In this document: one piece after another, positions 9,795-18,518 of the stretch | Position numbering within the stretch: the first letter of the stretch is position 1 | How the letters are laid out: every line of letters begins with the position of its first letter | Origin: an uncultured Candidatus Saccharibacteria bacterium | Lineage (GTDB): Bacteria; Patescibacteriota; Minisyncoccia; Phycocordibacterales; XYD1-FULL-46-19 | Reading direction: 5' to 3' | Assembly (NCBI GenBank): GCA_964625755.1 | Contig: CAZVBR010000001.1 | Coordinates: 1-45,926, forward strand | DNA: 45,926 bases | The notes under the pieces: generated by a model | What the model was told of the DNA's origin: nothing | Seen by the model: the letters and a program-made list of their open reading frames with translations, nothing else | The model's database searches: none | Program-made: the position numbers and the translations under genes

Positions 9795-9869
9795 TGGTCG
9801 GGCTGCCGGGATTCGAACCCGGAGTCTCACGAACCCGAATCGTGTATGTTGCCGTTACACCACAGCCCG
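9795..9869 (-). tRNA. tRNA-Pro (anticodon CGG), CCA encoded
   Basis: Hand-folded cloverleaf: acceptor CGGGCTG/CAGCCCG, anticodon stem CACGA/TCGTG with loop TTCGGGT, T-arm CCGGG-TTCGAAT-CCCGG, discriminator A plus CCA. Confidence 0.9.
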
Positions 9870-9966
9870 AATATTATTTCCTGGTTGGAAATAAACTTTC
9901 TTTCTTAATTAAAGCATATTAAGATGTTATTTCCAAGATTTTGGTGTTTTAGGGGGATTGGTTTTT

Positions 9967-10043
9967 TGGTGGACCCGACCGGATTCGAACCGGTGGCCTC
10001 CTGCGTGCAAAGCAGGCGCTCTAGCCAACTGAGCTACGGGCCC
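9967..10043 (-). tRNA. tRNA-Ala (anticodon UGC), CCA encoded
   Basis: Acceptor GGGCCCG/CGGGTCC with G3:U70, anticodon loop TTTGCAC, T-arm ACCGG-TTCGAAT-CCGGT, ACCA end. Confidence 0.92.
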
Positions 10044-10085
10044 TTTGGTTTCCTGATTCATGAATAATTTTTGAATCTGCATTTA

Positions 10086-10094
10086 TTTATAACA
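10086..10094 (-). promoter_or_regulatory. extended -10-like element (TGtTATAAA on the minus strand) about 43 nt upstream of tRNA-Ala(UGC)
   Basis: The plus strand reads tttataaca at 10086-10094. It is positioned to drive the tRNA-Ala/tRNA-Pro pair, divergent from the mgtE-like promoter. Confidence 0.3.
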
Positions 10095-10183
10095 TAGTTT
10101 TTGTTTCTGATAAAGTGTTTTGGAATAAGCGTGTTCCTGTGTAATGTTAATTGAGTTGGTGACTTAGGGGGTAAATGATTTTG

Positions 10184-10192
10184 TGATACAAT
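10184..10192 (+). promoter_or_regulatory. extended -10 promoter-like element TGaTACAAT, 6 nt upstream of ATG 10199
   Basis: tgtgatacaat read at 10182-10192; no SD. Confidence 0.4.
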
Positions 10193-10198
10193 TAAGTC

Positions 10199-11224
10199 AT
10201 GACAGGTATAAAGATCGATCAGCCTTCATCTGAAAGATATCCTCGGGAAACAGTGGGTCAGTCAATGATAAGAAAAGTACCAATAGTCTCGATGGATCTA
10301 ATGGTGGAGGAAGTTCAGAAAGAGTTGTTTAAAAAGGCTGCGGATTTTGAAAGTGTTAATTATATTTATATTACCGATCAAGAAGAAAAATTGATCGGAG
10401 TCGTGTCAATAAAAGAGCTGATCCGTCACGACAGAGATGTGCCGATCGGGGAAATGTTGTCCGGCCAAAAATTGATAAAAGTCTGGGCTCAGGCCGACCA
10501 GGAAGAGGCCGTTAAGTTGGCGGTCCGTCATAGCTTAAAGGCCATCCCGGTGGTTAATGGTTCCGGTTATTTTCAAGGAGTGGTGTCGTCTGATGATATT
10601 TTGCGTATTTTACATGAAGAGCATGTTGAGGATTGGCTCCATTCGGTGGGAATACGAAGATCTTCGCCAGGGACCCCTGATCCGATCGGAGATCATTCCG
10701 TGATAGAGTATTTTTTAAATCGTCTCCCGTGGCTTTCGGTCGGTTTGCTTGGCGGATTATTAGCGGCTATAATAATAGCCGGTTATGAGCAAGCGGTTTT
10801 GGCTCAGATGATGGTCTTGGCGGCGTTTTTGCCGGCTGTGGTGTATATGGCCGATGCGGTGGCCAATCAGACACAAGTGGTTTTTGTCAGATATTTGGCT
10901 ATGGATTGTAATTCGGGTAGGTTGGGCCAACTCTGGAAAAAGGACATTTTTGCCAGTGTTTTACTGGCGATCACGTTTGGGTTGATCATGACCCTGATCG
11001 GGTGGGTGTGGCAGACACCGGCGGTGGGAATTATTCTAGGGCTAACATTTTTGGTGGCAATTGTTGCGGCGGCTGGAATCGGCTTTTTTATGCCCTGGGC
11101 TTTTGATCGTCTGGGTTTTGATCCGGCGATCGCTGCCGGCCCTTTGTCGACGGCCGTGGTTGATGTTTTAAGTATTGCCATTTATCTGTCTATAGCCGGA
11201 TTGATTATTAGTTATTTAATTTAA
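10199..11224 (+). CDS. mgtE: MgtE-family magnesium/divalent-cation transporter (CBS pair + TM domain, no N-domain)
   Basis: 341 aa. CBS-pair region (VGVVSIKELI..., FQGVVSSDDILRIL) followed by a 5-TM MgtE-like domain (PAVVYMADAVANQTQ, GPLSTAVVDVLS). About 110 aa shorter than typical MgtE. Confidence 0.8.
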   Translation: MTGIKIDQPSSERYPRETVGQSMIRKVPIVSMDLMVEEVQKELFKKAADFESVNYIYITDQEEKLIGVVSIKELIRHDRDVPIGEMLSGQKLIKVWAQADQEEAVKLAVRHSLKAIPVVNGSGYFQGVVSSDDILRILHEEHVEDWLHSVGIRRSSPGTPDPIGDHSVIEYFLNRLPWLSVGLLGGLLAAIIIAGYEQAVLAQMMVLAAFLPAVVYMADAVANQTQVVFVRYLAMDCNSGRLGQLWKKDIFASVLLAITFGLIMTLIGWVWQTPAVGIILGLTFLVAIVAAAGIGFFMPWAFDRLGFDPAIAAGPLSTAVVDVLSIAIYLSIAGLIISYLI

Positions 11225-11235
11225 CGATATAAATA

Positions 11236-12525
11236 ATGGGTAGGAGAACACTTTGGACTTCCGAAAAAGGTTTTGTTTTGGCTACGGCTGCGGCCGCTGT
11301 CGGGTTGGGTAATATTTGGCGTTTCCCTTATATTGCGGGGGAAAACGGGGGCGGGGCTTTTGTTTTGGCCTATATAGTGTCGGTTATTTTTTTGGGGATC
11401 CCGTTGATGTTAATGGAGATAAGTGCTGGTCGTTCAGAAGTCGGTAGTCCGGTTCGAACTTTTCGGTCGGTTAACCGTCGAGCCGGGGTTTTTGGGTGGC
11501 TTGTCGTCGGTTTGACCGTGATCATTATGAGCTATTACCTGGCTATTACCGGTTGGACTTTGGGGTACGCTCTGGATAGTTATACCGGTTCGATCAGAAC
11601 ATTTGAAGAGTTTACCAATAATAACTGGTCCTTATTGTTTTTCTTACTGGTTTCCGGGGTTACGGCTTTTGTGGTGGCTAAGGGAGTGCGTGTTATTGAG
11701 TGGCTGGCAAAGATCTTGATGCCGGTGTTGATAGTGATAATTATCGGCTTGGCCGGGTACAGTTTAACTTTAGATGGCGCCGGCGAAGCTTTACGGTTTT
11801 TGTTTTACCCTGATTGGTCGGCTTTCGGCAGTTTGAGTTTATGGATGCTTGCGTTCGGTCAAGCCTTTTATTCTTTGGCGGTTGGTCAGGGGTATTTGAT
11901 AACTTACGGCAGTTTCTTGCCTAAAGAAGTTAATCTGCCTCGGGCTACCGGGTCAATAGCCGGTGTTGAAACTCTGGTAGCCTTGATCGCCGGAGTAATG
12001 TTCTTTCCGATAATTTTTACATTTGGCTTAGATCCGGCTGAAGGCACGGAACTGGCTTTCACTACGTTACCCCGGTTGTTTGTTGATATTCCTTTTGGTG
12101 GTGTTCTGGCGGTGTTGTTCTTCACCTTGTTCTTTGTGGCCGCTATTAGTTCTTGTATTGCCGGTATGGAGGTGGTCAAGACGGCTATTCGAGAAGAGTT
12201 TAACTTGACTCAGTATCAGGCCACCGGATTGGCCTTTCTGCCGGTTCTGCCCCTGGGATTCTTTTCGGCTTTAAGTTTTACGCCGATCGGTTTTGAATTT
12301 TTGGGAAGACCGTTTCTTGAGGTTTTGGATCTGTTTGCCGCCAACCAGATAGTTATTGCTTCCGGGATAATCGGGGGTGCTATAATTAGTTGGTCAATTT
12401 CCAAGAAACATCTGATCGAGGGCTTCGGGACTGATTGGAAGAAGTTGGCCGGAATTGTGGTTAATATCGTTCGGATCATACCGATCGTGGCCGCTTTGAT
12501 CTTGATCTTAAGTTGGTTAGTGTAG
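11236..12525 (+). CDS. sodium-dependent transporter, SNF (neurotransmitter:sodium symporter) family
   Basis: 429 aa. Hallmark TM1 motif AAAVGLGNIWRFPY and a polytopic membrane profile throughout. Confidence 0.88.
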   Translation: MGRRTLWTSEKGFVLATAAAAVGLGNIWRFPYIAGENGGGAFVLAYIVSVIFLGIPLMLMEISAGRSEVGSPVRTFRSVNRRAGVFGWLVVGLTVIIMSYYLAITGWTLGYALDSYTGSIRTFEEFTNNNWSLLFFLLVSGVTAFVVAKGVRVIEWLAKILMPVLIVIIIGLAGYSLTLDGAGEALRFLFYPDWSAFGSLSLWMLAFGQAFYSLAVGQGYLITYGSFLPKEVNLPRATGSIAGVETLVALIAGVMFFPIIFTFGLDPAEGTELAFTTLPRLFVDIPFGGVLAVLFFTLFFVAAISSCIAGMEVVKTAIREEFNLTQYQATGLAFLPVLPLGFFSALSFTPIGFEFLGRPFLEVLDLFAANQIVIASGIIGGAIISWSISKKHLIEGFGTDWKKLAGIVVNIVRIIPIVAALILILSWLV

Positions 12526-12651
12526 TGACTCCTTGTCTGTAATTAGCGTATTCTCTGAGGTATTTTATGCGGCTCTACTTGAGTTTGCGCTTACTTTGAG
12601 GAGTTGTTTTAAGTCAGACGAGATCTGGCTTAAGAACTTTGAAAATCCGAT

Positions 12652-12727
12652 TGGTGGACTCGAGGGGAGTTGAACCCCTGACCTCCGCAATGCGAATGCG
12701 GCGCTCTACCAACTGAGCTACGAGCCC
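12652..12727 (-). tRNA. tRNA-Ala (anticodon CGC), CCA encoded
   Basis: Acceptor GGGCTCG/CGAGTCC with G3:U70, anticodon loop TTCGCAT, T-arm AGGGG-TTCAACT-CCCCT, ACCA end. The 61-aa ORF 12614-12799 overlapping it is spurious. Confidence 0.92.
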
Positions 12728-12818
12728 AAAATATTTCATTTTGTTTATGTACCGGTCTTTTGATCGGGGAACAGCTTTAGACACTTTAAACCATAACATA
12801 AAAAATCATTCTTTGTAA

Positions 12819-13868
12819 TTATATATGAATTGCCTTTTTGTCGATTAGGGGTTGGGTCGAAGTCGGGTCATCAATGAGTGTTTCGTCGGGTTTAAGGTCA
12901 CGAGATATATACGGCACGGTTATCATGGTTAAAACAAAAATTATATATATCGTAAGCAACACCCAGGCTTCTTTGTTGGTGATCTGGTGTTTGGTGCGCA
13001 TAAAAAGCAAAAAGGCCAGAGATCCCAAGATCAAGAAGAATCGACCGATGGCAAAAGGGGAGATATCGTCTATGATTATCGGGTTGATCAGGGCGACTAT
13101 TCCTAAAACCAGAGTGGATGAGATCGTGATACTTCCCATTAATCCGCCGAGGATCATCCAGGAATGGCCTTTTTGAGCCAGTTTGACTGAGAAGTAAGTT
13201 TCGGGAAATCCGGTTCCGGCTGCCACTATCAACACACCGATACTGGCGATAGCTATTCCCAGATGATCGGCAAAATTGAGGGCTGATTTAATAATACCTT
13301 CAGCACTTAAAATTATCAGAGAAAAACCCAGAGCGGCAATGCCTATATCTTTCAGGAAACCTTTGATACTGCGTTTGGGGAGTTCGTAGTCTTCTCCTTC
13401 AAATAATTTTGTGAACCGATCTTCTCTTTTAAAAAGCCAGGACAAGAACAGCAAAAAACATAATATCAAAACCAGACCGTCTATTCGGGAGAGTTCTCCG
13501 TTTAGTATCAGAAGAAGCGGGAGCATGGCAGCCAGAGTGGCGTAGGTGGCGCTGGTTTTAACTGTCCGGCTGGCAATACCCAGGTTGCCTTTGAGGGCCA
13601 ATACACTGAGACCGACGGTTAAGGTCATCAAAATTATATTCTGTCCGACAATATTTCCGAACGATAATTCTGGAACACCCCGAAATGCCGATAGGACGCC
13701 TATAAAGAACTCCGGGGCAACGGCTGCCAGAGAAATGGTAAAGAAAGCTACCACGAATTCTCGCCAGTAAGAAAAATAAGCAATACGAGTCAGAGCGTCT
13801 ACGGTCCATTTTCCCGAGATTGCCAAAGTTAAAGACGAAGCGAGAAACAAAAAAATATATCCTAGCAT
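12819..13868 (-). CDS. Ca2+/Na+ (cation) antiporter, CaCA/YrbG family
   Basis: 349 aa, about 10 TM helices. Two alpha-repeat-like motifs (GNIVGQNI and GTGFPE) in the N- and C-terminal halves. Confidence 0.8.
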   Translation of the reverse strand: MLGYIFLFLASSLTLAISGKWTVDALTRIAYFSYWREFVVAFFTISLAAVAPEFFIGVLSAFRGVPELSFGNIVGQNIILMTLTVGLSVLALKGNLGIASRTVKTSATYATLAAMLPLLLILNGELSRIDGLVLILCFLLFLSWLFKREDRFTKLFEGEDYELPKRSIKGFLKDIGIAALGFSLIILSAEGIIKSALNFADHLGIAIASIGVLIVAAGTGFPETYFSVKLAQKGHSWMILGGLMGSITISSTLVLGIVALINPIIIDDISPFAIGRFFLILGSLAFLLFMRTKHQITNKEAWVLLTIYIIFVLTMITVPYISRDLKPDETLIDDPTSTQPLIDKKAIHI

Positions 13869-13958
13869 AACGTATACAGATAATGGTTCGATTGTCTAAA
13901 ACGAATCTTCCAGTTTGGTTTTAATAAGGAGCTTTTAATTATGAAATCAATGTCAAAT

Positions 13959-14666
13959 TTAAATATGATCAGCTTTTTCTAATTCAGATTCAATATATTG
14001 CTCAAATACTTCCCAGGGTTGAGCTCCGGATATTTGTTCATTATTGATAAAGAAGTGTGGGACTCCGGTTACGTTTTGAGATGTCGCTTCTTGGGAGGAT
14101 CGAGTCACTTTATCGGCAAATTTATTTGATTGAAAACATTCCGTTAGTTTTTCCGAGTCTAAATTAAGTTCCTCGGCGTAATCTTGATGAATGGCCGGGT
14201 CTGACCATTTACCTCGGTCTTGGTTTGAATTTTCAAATAGAAGGTCGTGGTATTGCCAGTAAGCATCTTGTTCGCCGGCACAGTGGGCGGCCTCAGCGGC
14301 TTTATTGCCTCCGACCGTCGGGTGGTCCTTGTAAACAAAATAAACCAGACCTTGATCGATGTACTCTTCTTTTATTCGGGGCAAGGTGGTTTCTTGGAAT
14401 TGGGTACAGAACGGGCAGGCATAATCAGAGTACTCCACTAAGGTCACCGGAGCATCCGGGTCCCCGAGGGTGGGCCAGCCTTCTATTTCGATATTCAGAT
14501 CTTGAGAATCAAGTTGCTCCGGTTCGATATCAGTTAAAGCCAATTGTTGGTCTTGGGAGCCTTGGTTTAACAAAACAGCCCCGGCCACCAAGGCCCCGGC
14601 TAATATTATCGCCAAGGCGATCGCGTAAGAGCCTTTGTTCGAGTCTTGATATTTTTTCATTTCCAT
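13959..14666 (-). CDS. membrane-anchored DsbA-family thiol:disulfide oxidoreductase
   Basis: 235 aa. N-terminal TM anchor, thioredoxin-fold CxxC site (YACPFCTQF), GVPHFFIN cis-Pro region. An alternative start lies at 14660. Confidence 0.85.
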   Translation of the reverse strand: MEMKKYQDSNKGSYAIALAIILAGALVAGAVLLNQGSQDQQLALTDIEPEQLDSQDLNIEIEGWPTLGDPDAPVTLVEYSDYACPFCTQFQETTLPRIKEEYIDQGLVYFVYKDHPTVGGNKAAEAAHCAGEQDAYWQYHDLLFENSNQDRGKWSDPAIHQDYAEELNLDSEKLTECFQSNKFADKVTRSSQEATSQNVTGVPHFFINNEQISGAQPWEVFEQYIESELEKADHI

Positions 14667-14809
14667 ACGATAAATAAAGATTTTATTTAATACTTATGAC
14701 TTAAAGATATCATATCCGATGAAGAAAAAAAAGCTCCTTTAAAGTTCATATTTATATTAACTTTGTCCGAGTGGTCGATCAGTTCGTTCGATCTTTTAGG
14801 GGTGGTTTT

Positions 14810-14838
14810 TTGATATGATCAGAGTTGTTTGCTAAGAT
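14810..14838 (+). promoter_or_regulatory. sigma70-like promoter TTGATA-N17-TAAGAT upstream of the MazG-like gene
   Basis: Hexamers read at 14810-14815 and 14833-14838 with a 17-nt spacer, 56 nt before ATG 14895. Confidence 0.3.
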
Positions 14839-14894
14839 GCTCAAATCGGGTTTTTGTTTTGGATTTTTGGGGTAGCTATTATTTAAATTGATTT

Positions 14895-15227
14895 ATGGAT
14901 ACAAGAGAGCTGTTGGAATTCGTTTCGATGGAAAATAAAAGGTTGAGGGAGCTATATTATAATTACTCAGACCAAGAAAAAATAATTTTAGCTCATACGG
15001 TAAAATTGTCCGAAGAGCTGGGTGAGTTATGTGACGAGGTGTTGTGTTTTAATAAAAATCAAAGAAAAGCCAAGATCAAAGACGGTGACAGGTTTGAAAA
15101 TCTGGCTGAAGAATTTGCCGATGTTTTGATCGCCACTTTAATTTTGGCCGATGAAATGAATGTTGAAGTTGAAGAGGGTTTAAGAAAGAAAATCGCAAAG
15201 ATCAATAAACGTTACGAGAATGAGTAA
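14895..15227 (+). CDS. MazG-like nucleoside triphosphate pyrophosphohydrolase (small all-alpha NTP-PPase)
   Basis: 110 aa. EELGELCDEV and EEFADVLIATLILA metal-binding helices typical of the MazG/YpjD superfamily. Confidence 0.75.
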   Translation: MDTRELLEFVSMENKRLRELYYNYSDQEKIILAHTVKLSEELGELCDEVLCFNKNQRKAKIKDGDRFENLAEEFADVLIATLILADEMNVEVEEGLRKKIAKINKRYENE

Positions 15228-15374
15228 CACATAAAGCGCCTTTAGTGTAAGGAATTATTTTAGGGGATGTTTCGAGAAAAGCCAGAAGTGTATTCTAAGT
15301 GAGGTCGTGACTCGGCAGTTTGCCTTGCTTGTTGTAATTTTTCAGGCCAATTCAGTAGATGGGCTGTCAAATTT

Positions 15375-16340
15375 TTAATACCATATTGTCTTTGTTCTGT
15401 GATAAGGTTTATCATTCGGAGATTTAACTTGACCCTTAAACCAGAATATTCCGTCAACTTTCGCGGCGTTGGCTTGCGGAAATCTTTCTTTTATAATTTC
15501 AGTAGCAAGTTCTATTGCCCAAATAGTGTTTGCCCGGATCTCTATTTCTTCATCACTGCCGGCCGGGATCTCTATTTGGTTATCGATTTTATTGGCAAGC
15601 TCATCTGTGTATTCCAGGATCCCAAATTTTCGAAGTAATTGAGGGACTTTGTAATCGGCAAAGGCGGTTATTTTGCTGTGGCCACTAAGCGGAACAGAGA
15701 TCAACTTAAATTTTGAGAGATCGAATAAATGAGCCGGCACGAGTTGCGCGCGTTTGTAAAATTTCACTTCCTGGCCTTGATAATCGGCAACATCGTTGAA
15801 AATCTCAGGAAGATCTTTTGCTAAGAGTTCGACTATATTTTCCGCCTTGCCGCTTGCTTCTTCAATGATATTTTTAAAGATGCCGTCATATTTTTCTAGC
15901 AGATCTTTTCCCAGTTGGCGCAGTAAGTTCAGCCGTTCTCGGAAAAGTGGAATTTCCGTATTGCCTTTTAGGATTTTTGTTAGATCTTTTTCCGGCAGAT
16001 TCGCTAAGTATTGTGGATCAAGCAAGTTAAAGCCGTTTTCAATCGCATTTTTAACGGCACGCAACATCCCTGAGCTTCCGTCATAAAGATCTCCATTTAT
16101 TGTAATGGTCCATTTTGGTTTGCCCCAATAGCAGAAATTTATAGAGTTGTAAACAAAAACTAAAGCTATTTGCTCTTCTTCTGTTGCGGTTTTCGGTAAT
16201 ACTGTTTCCGGGCTAAATTCTGAATTATCGAGTTCTTTACCGGTGAGACCTTTTGAGAAGTCCGAGATCGCTCGATCGTTTATCCGGACGAATTTCGATC
16301 TTTCCATGACCGGTTTTACTGAATTTAAAACAGAGATCAT
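15375..16340 (-). CDS. queuosine salvage protein, QNG1/DUF2419 family (queuosine 5'-phosphate N-glycosylase-like)
   Basis: 321 aa. Blocks shared with human QNG1/C9orf64 as I recall it: NSINFCYWG (vs LNFSFW), VKFYKRAQL (vs VSFYKRAQI), ITAFADYKVPQLL (vs ITMFADYRLPQVL), EEIEIRA (vs EVEIRG), C-terminal HRTKTIWY (vs HRIRCIYY). Confidence 0.85.
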   Translation of the reverse strand: MISVLNSVKPVMERSKFVRINDRAISDFSKGLTGKELDNSEFSPETVLPKTATEEEQIALVFVYNSINFCYWGKPKWTITINGDLYDGSSGMLRAVKNAIENGFNLLDPQYLANLPEKDLTKILKGNTEIPLFRERLNLLRQLGKDLLEKYDGIFKNIIEEASGKAENIVELLAKDLPEIFNDVADYQGQEVKFYKRAQLVPAHLFDLSKFKLISVPLSGHSKITAFADYKVPQLLRKFGILEYTDELANKIDNQIEIPAGSDEEIEIRANTIWAIELATEIIKERFPQANAAKVDGIFWFKGQVKSPNDKPYHRTKTIWY

Positions 16341-16343
16341 AAA

Positions 16344-16811
16344 TTAAATGATTTTCAATTCTTTTAACCATTCAAGCCAAACTGGTTCTAATCCGGGATC
16401 TTTTATCCAGTCGTCTTCCGGGGTGTCGCCGGTTAGATATTTTTGGGTCTTTTGGGCGAGGATCCTTAGCTGACCGTTGTCGAACCAATCGGCTTGTTTT
16501 GTTTCTTCAGTGCTTCTTTTTATTTTACCAACAGCGTTAATTTTGTAGATTTTCCAATAATGCCAGTTTCCACCTACTCGCCGGCAAGGATTATCTTTCC
16601 GGCCTTCGGTTAGAAGTTCTATGTTTTCCGTTGTCAGGCCAACTTCCTCTTGTAACTCTCGTTCGGTCGCCGCCTCAAAAGAGTAGTCTCTGTCTACGTG
16701 TCCAGCCGGAGGCGCAAAACCAAACGGCGGCCTCTTTCTCTCGATCAGTAAAAGTTTATTGTCCCGCCATACGATCATTCCAACACTCTTATTGTCGCAT
16801 AGCTTTGACAT
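16344..16811 (-). CDS. Nudix hydrolase
   Basis: 155 aa. Nudix box GHVDRDYSFEAATERELQEEVGL (REUxEExGU intact; the first Glu position is shifted or replaced). Its stop lies 3 nt before the QNG1-like start, so the two are probably co-transcribed. Confidence 0.85.
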   Translation of the reverse strand: MSKLCDNKSVGMIVWRDNKLLLIERKRPPFGFAPPAGHVDRDYSFEAATERELQEEVGLTTENIELLTEGRKDNPCRRVGGNWHYWKIYKINAVGKIKRSTEETKQADWFDNGQLRILAQKTQKYLTGDTPEDDWIKDPGLEPVWLEWLKELKII

Positions 16812-16930
16812 GATTTTAATTCAACTTCCTGATCGATTCTTTTAGTGGGAAAATTATTTCTTTAATATAGAGTCGAGCTTCGTCACCGTGGAAAATGAAA
16901 ACGGATTTCCTCGAAGGAATTAATCACTTT

Positions 16931-17006
16931 TGGTGGACCTGAGGAGACTTGAACTCCTGACCCCTCGCATGCCATGCGAGTGCTCTACCAGCTGAGCTAC
17001 AGGCCC
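16931..17006 (-). tRNA. tRNA-Ala (anticodon GGC), CCA encoded
   Basis: Acceptor GGGCCTG/CAGGTCC with G3:U70, anticodon loop ATGGCAT, T-arm AGGAG-TTCAAGT-CTCCT, ACCA end. Confidence 0.92.
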
Positions 17007-17127
17007 GTATCTGATCTTTTATGTTTTGATCAAAATCCTTGCGGGAAAAAGTCAAAAATTTATCTTTTCCCAGATTGTAAATTTAACATATATTTGCTAT
17101 CTTGAAAAGTGCTTATTAATAATTTAG

Positions 17128-17367
17128 ATGATTAAAATTATGTTTCAAAAATTTTTATTGCGGAGGATGTTAAAACAGCAAGGGGTACCGGAAGAGCAGG
17201 GGGAGAAGATAATTAAATTGGCAGAAAACAATCCCGAGTTATTTAAAAAGATGGCTGAAGAAATAAAAGTTAAAACAAAGGAGGGCAAAAGCCAACAAGC
17301 GGCGGCCATGGAAGTTATGCAGAAGTATCAAGCGGAACTCAAAACAGCCTGGGAGGACGGGCAGTAA
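17128..17367 (+). CDS. small hypothetical protein (helical, Lys/Glu-rich)
   Basis: 79-aa ORF with no recognised motif. A TTGCTA-N17/18-(T)AATAAT promoter-like sequence sits just upstream, and a terminator-like hairpin follows. A second ATG lies at 17140. Confidence 0.45.
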   Translation: MIKIMFQKFLLRRMLKQQGVPEEQGEKIIKLAENNPELFKKMAEEIKVKTKEGKSQQAAAMEVMQKYQAELKTAWEDGQ

Positions 17368-17390
17368 AATCTTTTAGAGTTCTCGAGATA

Positions 17391-17450
17391 AGATCGATGA
17401 CTAAGTTGGCGGAATGCTGTTACTGGTCATCGATCTGTCTTTGTATTTGT
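17391..17450 (+). terminator. long hairpin plus T-rich tail downstream of the 79-aa ORF
   Basis: 11 perfect bp (agatcgatgac 17391-17401 pairs with gtcatcgatct 17426-17436), extendable by G.U and A-T pairs, followed by gtctttgtatttgt. Confidence 0.4.
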
Positions 17451-17624
17451 AAATGTCCTGTGAAGGTGGTCGGAGTAAAAATTTAGAGGTTCGAGGAGTC
17501 GGTCTTATTTGATCGTTTTTTCCGACAAGGGCCAGGTGTGGATCGGAGATCGTTTTGATTTAAGTTTTGAGTAGTCGGAATTTTGTTGCTTTAATGATCA
17601 AGTTTATTTTAGATATCTAGCTTA

Positions 17625-18518
17625 ATGATGAAGAGAGGTGCTAATGTAAAATATCTTTTTATTGGACTAGTAATTGTTGCCGGTCTTTTTGGGAGTGTTT
17701 TTTTGTGGGAACGGCAGTTTTGGTTCATTCAGGAAGTACAGCAACAAAGAGCTCAAAGGGAAATGGCCGAAAATATCTCGAAGTTCTTTCAGCAAAGAAT
17801 AGAGATGTCAGAAAAACTAGAAGAAGATAAAGAAGACATTGATCTGTTTAAATATTTGGAGGTGATGGATAGTTGCGGGCCGTATTTTGAGGAAGAGTGC
17901 CTTTATGTTCGGGCCGGCCCAGAAATGGATGAGTCGGTTGTTGTAAGATTGCGGAACGGTCAGGTCCTTAAGATCGGCAAGAGGCTGGAGCGTGATGATG
18001 AGGTTTGGTATAAAGTGGAATTTGATGAATGGTTGCTTTACCCGGAACGCCTGCGGGGGGATTGGTATGTCTCGGGTGATGGGGTTCGAACTTTCTGGGA
18101 CAGGGGTCCAAAAGTGGAGCATGAAAATTTCTCAAAAGAGAATAACAAGCGGATCGAAGTGAATTTAAGCGAGCAAAGATTATATGCCTATGAAGGTGAT
18201 GAGTTATTCATGAGCGGGAAAATTTCCGGCGGTCTGGCTTCAACTCCGACTCCGAGGGGGGAGTTTAGAGTGTTTAAAAAAACCCCGACTCGTTATATGC
18301 AAGGACCGATCCCGGGAGTAACCAGTAGGTATTGGGATTTCCCCGGAGTGCCCTGGAATTTGTATTTTACCTATCAGGGTGCGATCATCCATGGCACTTA
18401 CTGGCATGATAATTTCGGTATTCCTCAATCGGCTGGTTGCGTTAATATGTCCACCGATCAGGCTAAAGAGTTGTACCACTGGGCTCCGTTGGGAACGAAA
18501 GTGACGGTTTTTTATTGA
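17625..18518 (+). CDS. L,D-transpeptidase (YkuD domain) with N-terminal TM anchor and SH3-like middle domain
   Basis: 297 aa. Catalytic motif HGTYWHDNFGIPQSAGCVNM (His...Ser-x-Gly-Cys) in the C-terminal YkuD domain. Confidence 0.88.
   Translation: MMKRGANVKYLFIGLVIVAGLFGSVFLWERQFWFIQEVQQQRAQREMAENISKFFQQRIEMSEKLEEDKEDIDLFKYLEVMDSCGPYFEEECLYVRAGPEMDESVVVRLRNGQVLKIGKRLERDDEVWYKVEFDEWLLYPERLRGDWYVSGDGVRTFWDRGPKVEHENFSKENNKRIEVNLSEQRLYAYEGDELFMSGKISGGLASTPTPRGEFRVFKKTPTRYMQGPIPGVTSRYWDFPGVPWNLYFTYQGAIIHGTYWHDNFGIPQSAGCVNMSTDQAKELYHWAPLGTKVTVFY

Noticed and set aside
9872-9895. 8-bp AT-rich hairpin (ttatttcc tggtt ggaaataa) between tRNA-Ala and tRNA-Pro
   Set aside because: The stem is short, AT-only and of low stability. 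It could be a processing site but is indistinguishable from chance in an AT-rich spacer.
12614-12799. 61-aa ORF on the minus strand
   Set aside because: It overlaps the well-folded tRNA-Ala(CGC) gene (12652-12727), so the ORF is an artefact of reading through the tRNA.
9745-17127. Genomic island or prophage remnant at the tRNA genes
   Set aside because: I found no integrase, transposase or phage genes, no direct repeats of tRNA 3' ends, and no obvious composition change by eye. The gene content is transporters and salvage enzymes. It is kept only as a low-priority hypothesis under the tRNA finding.
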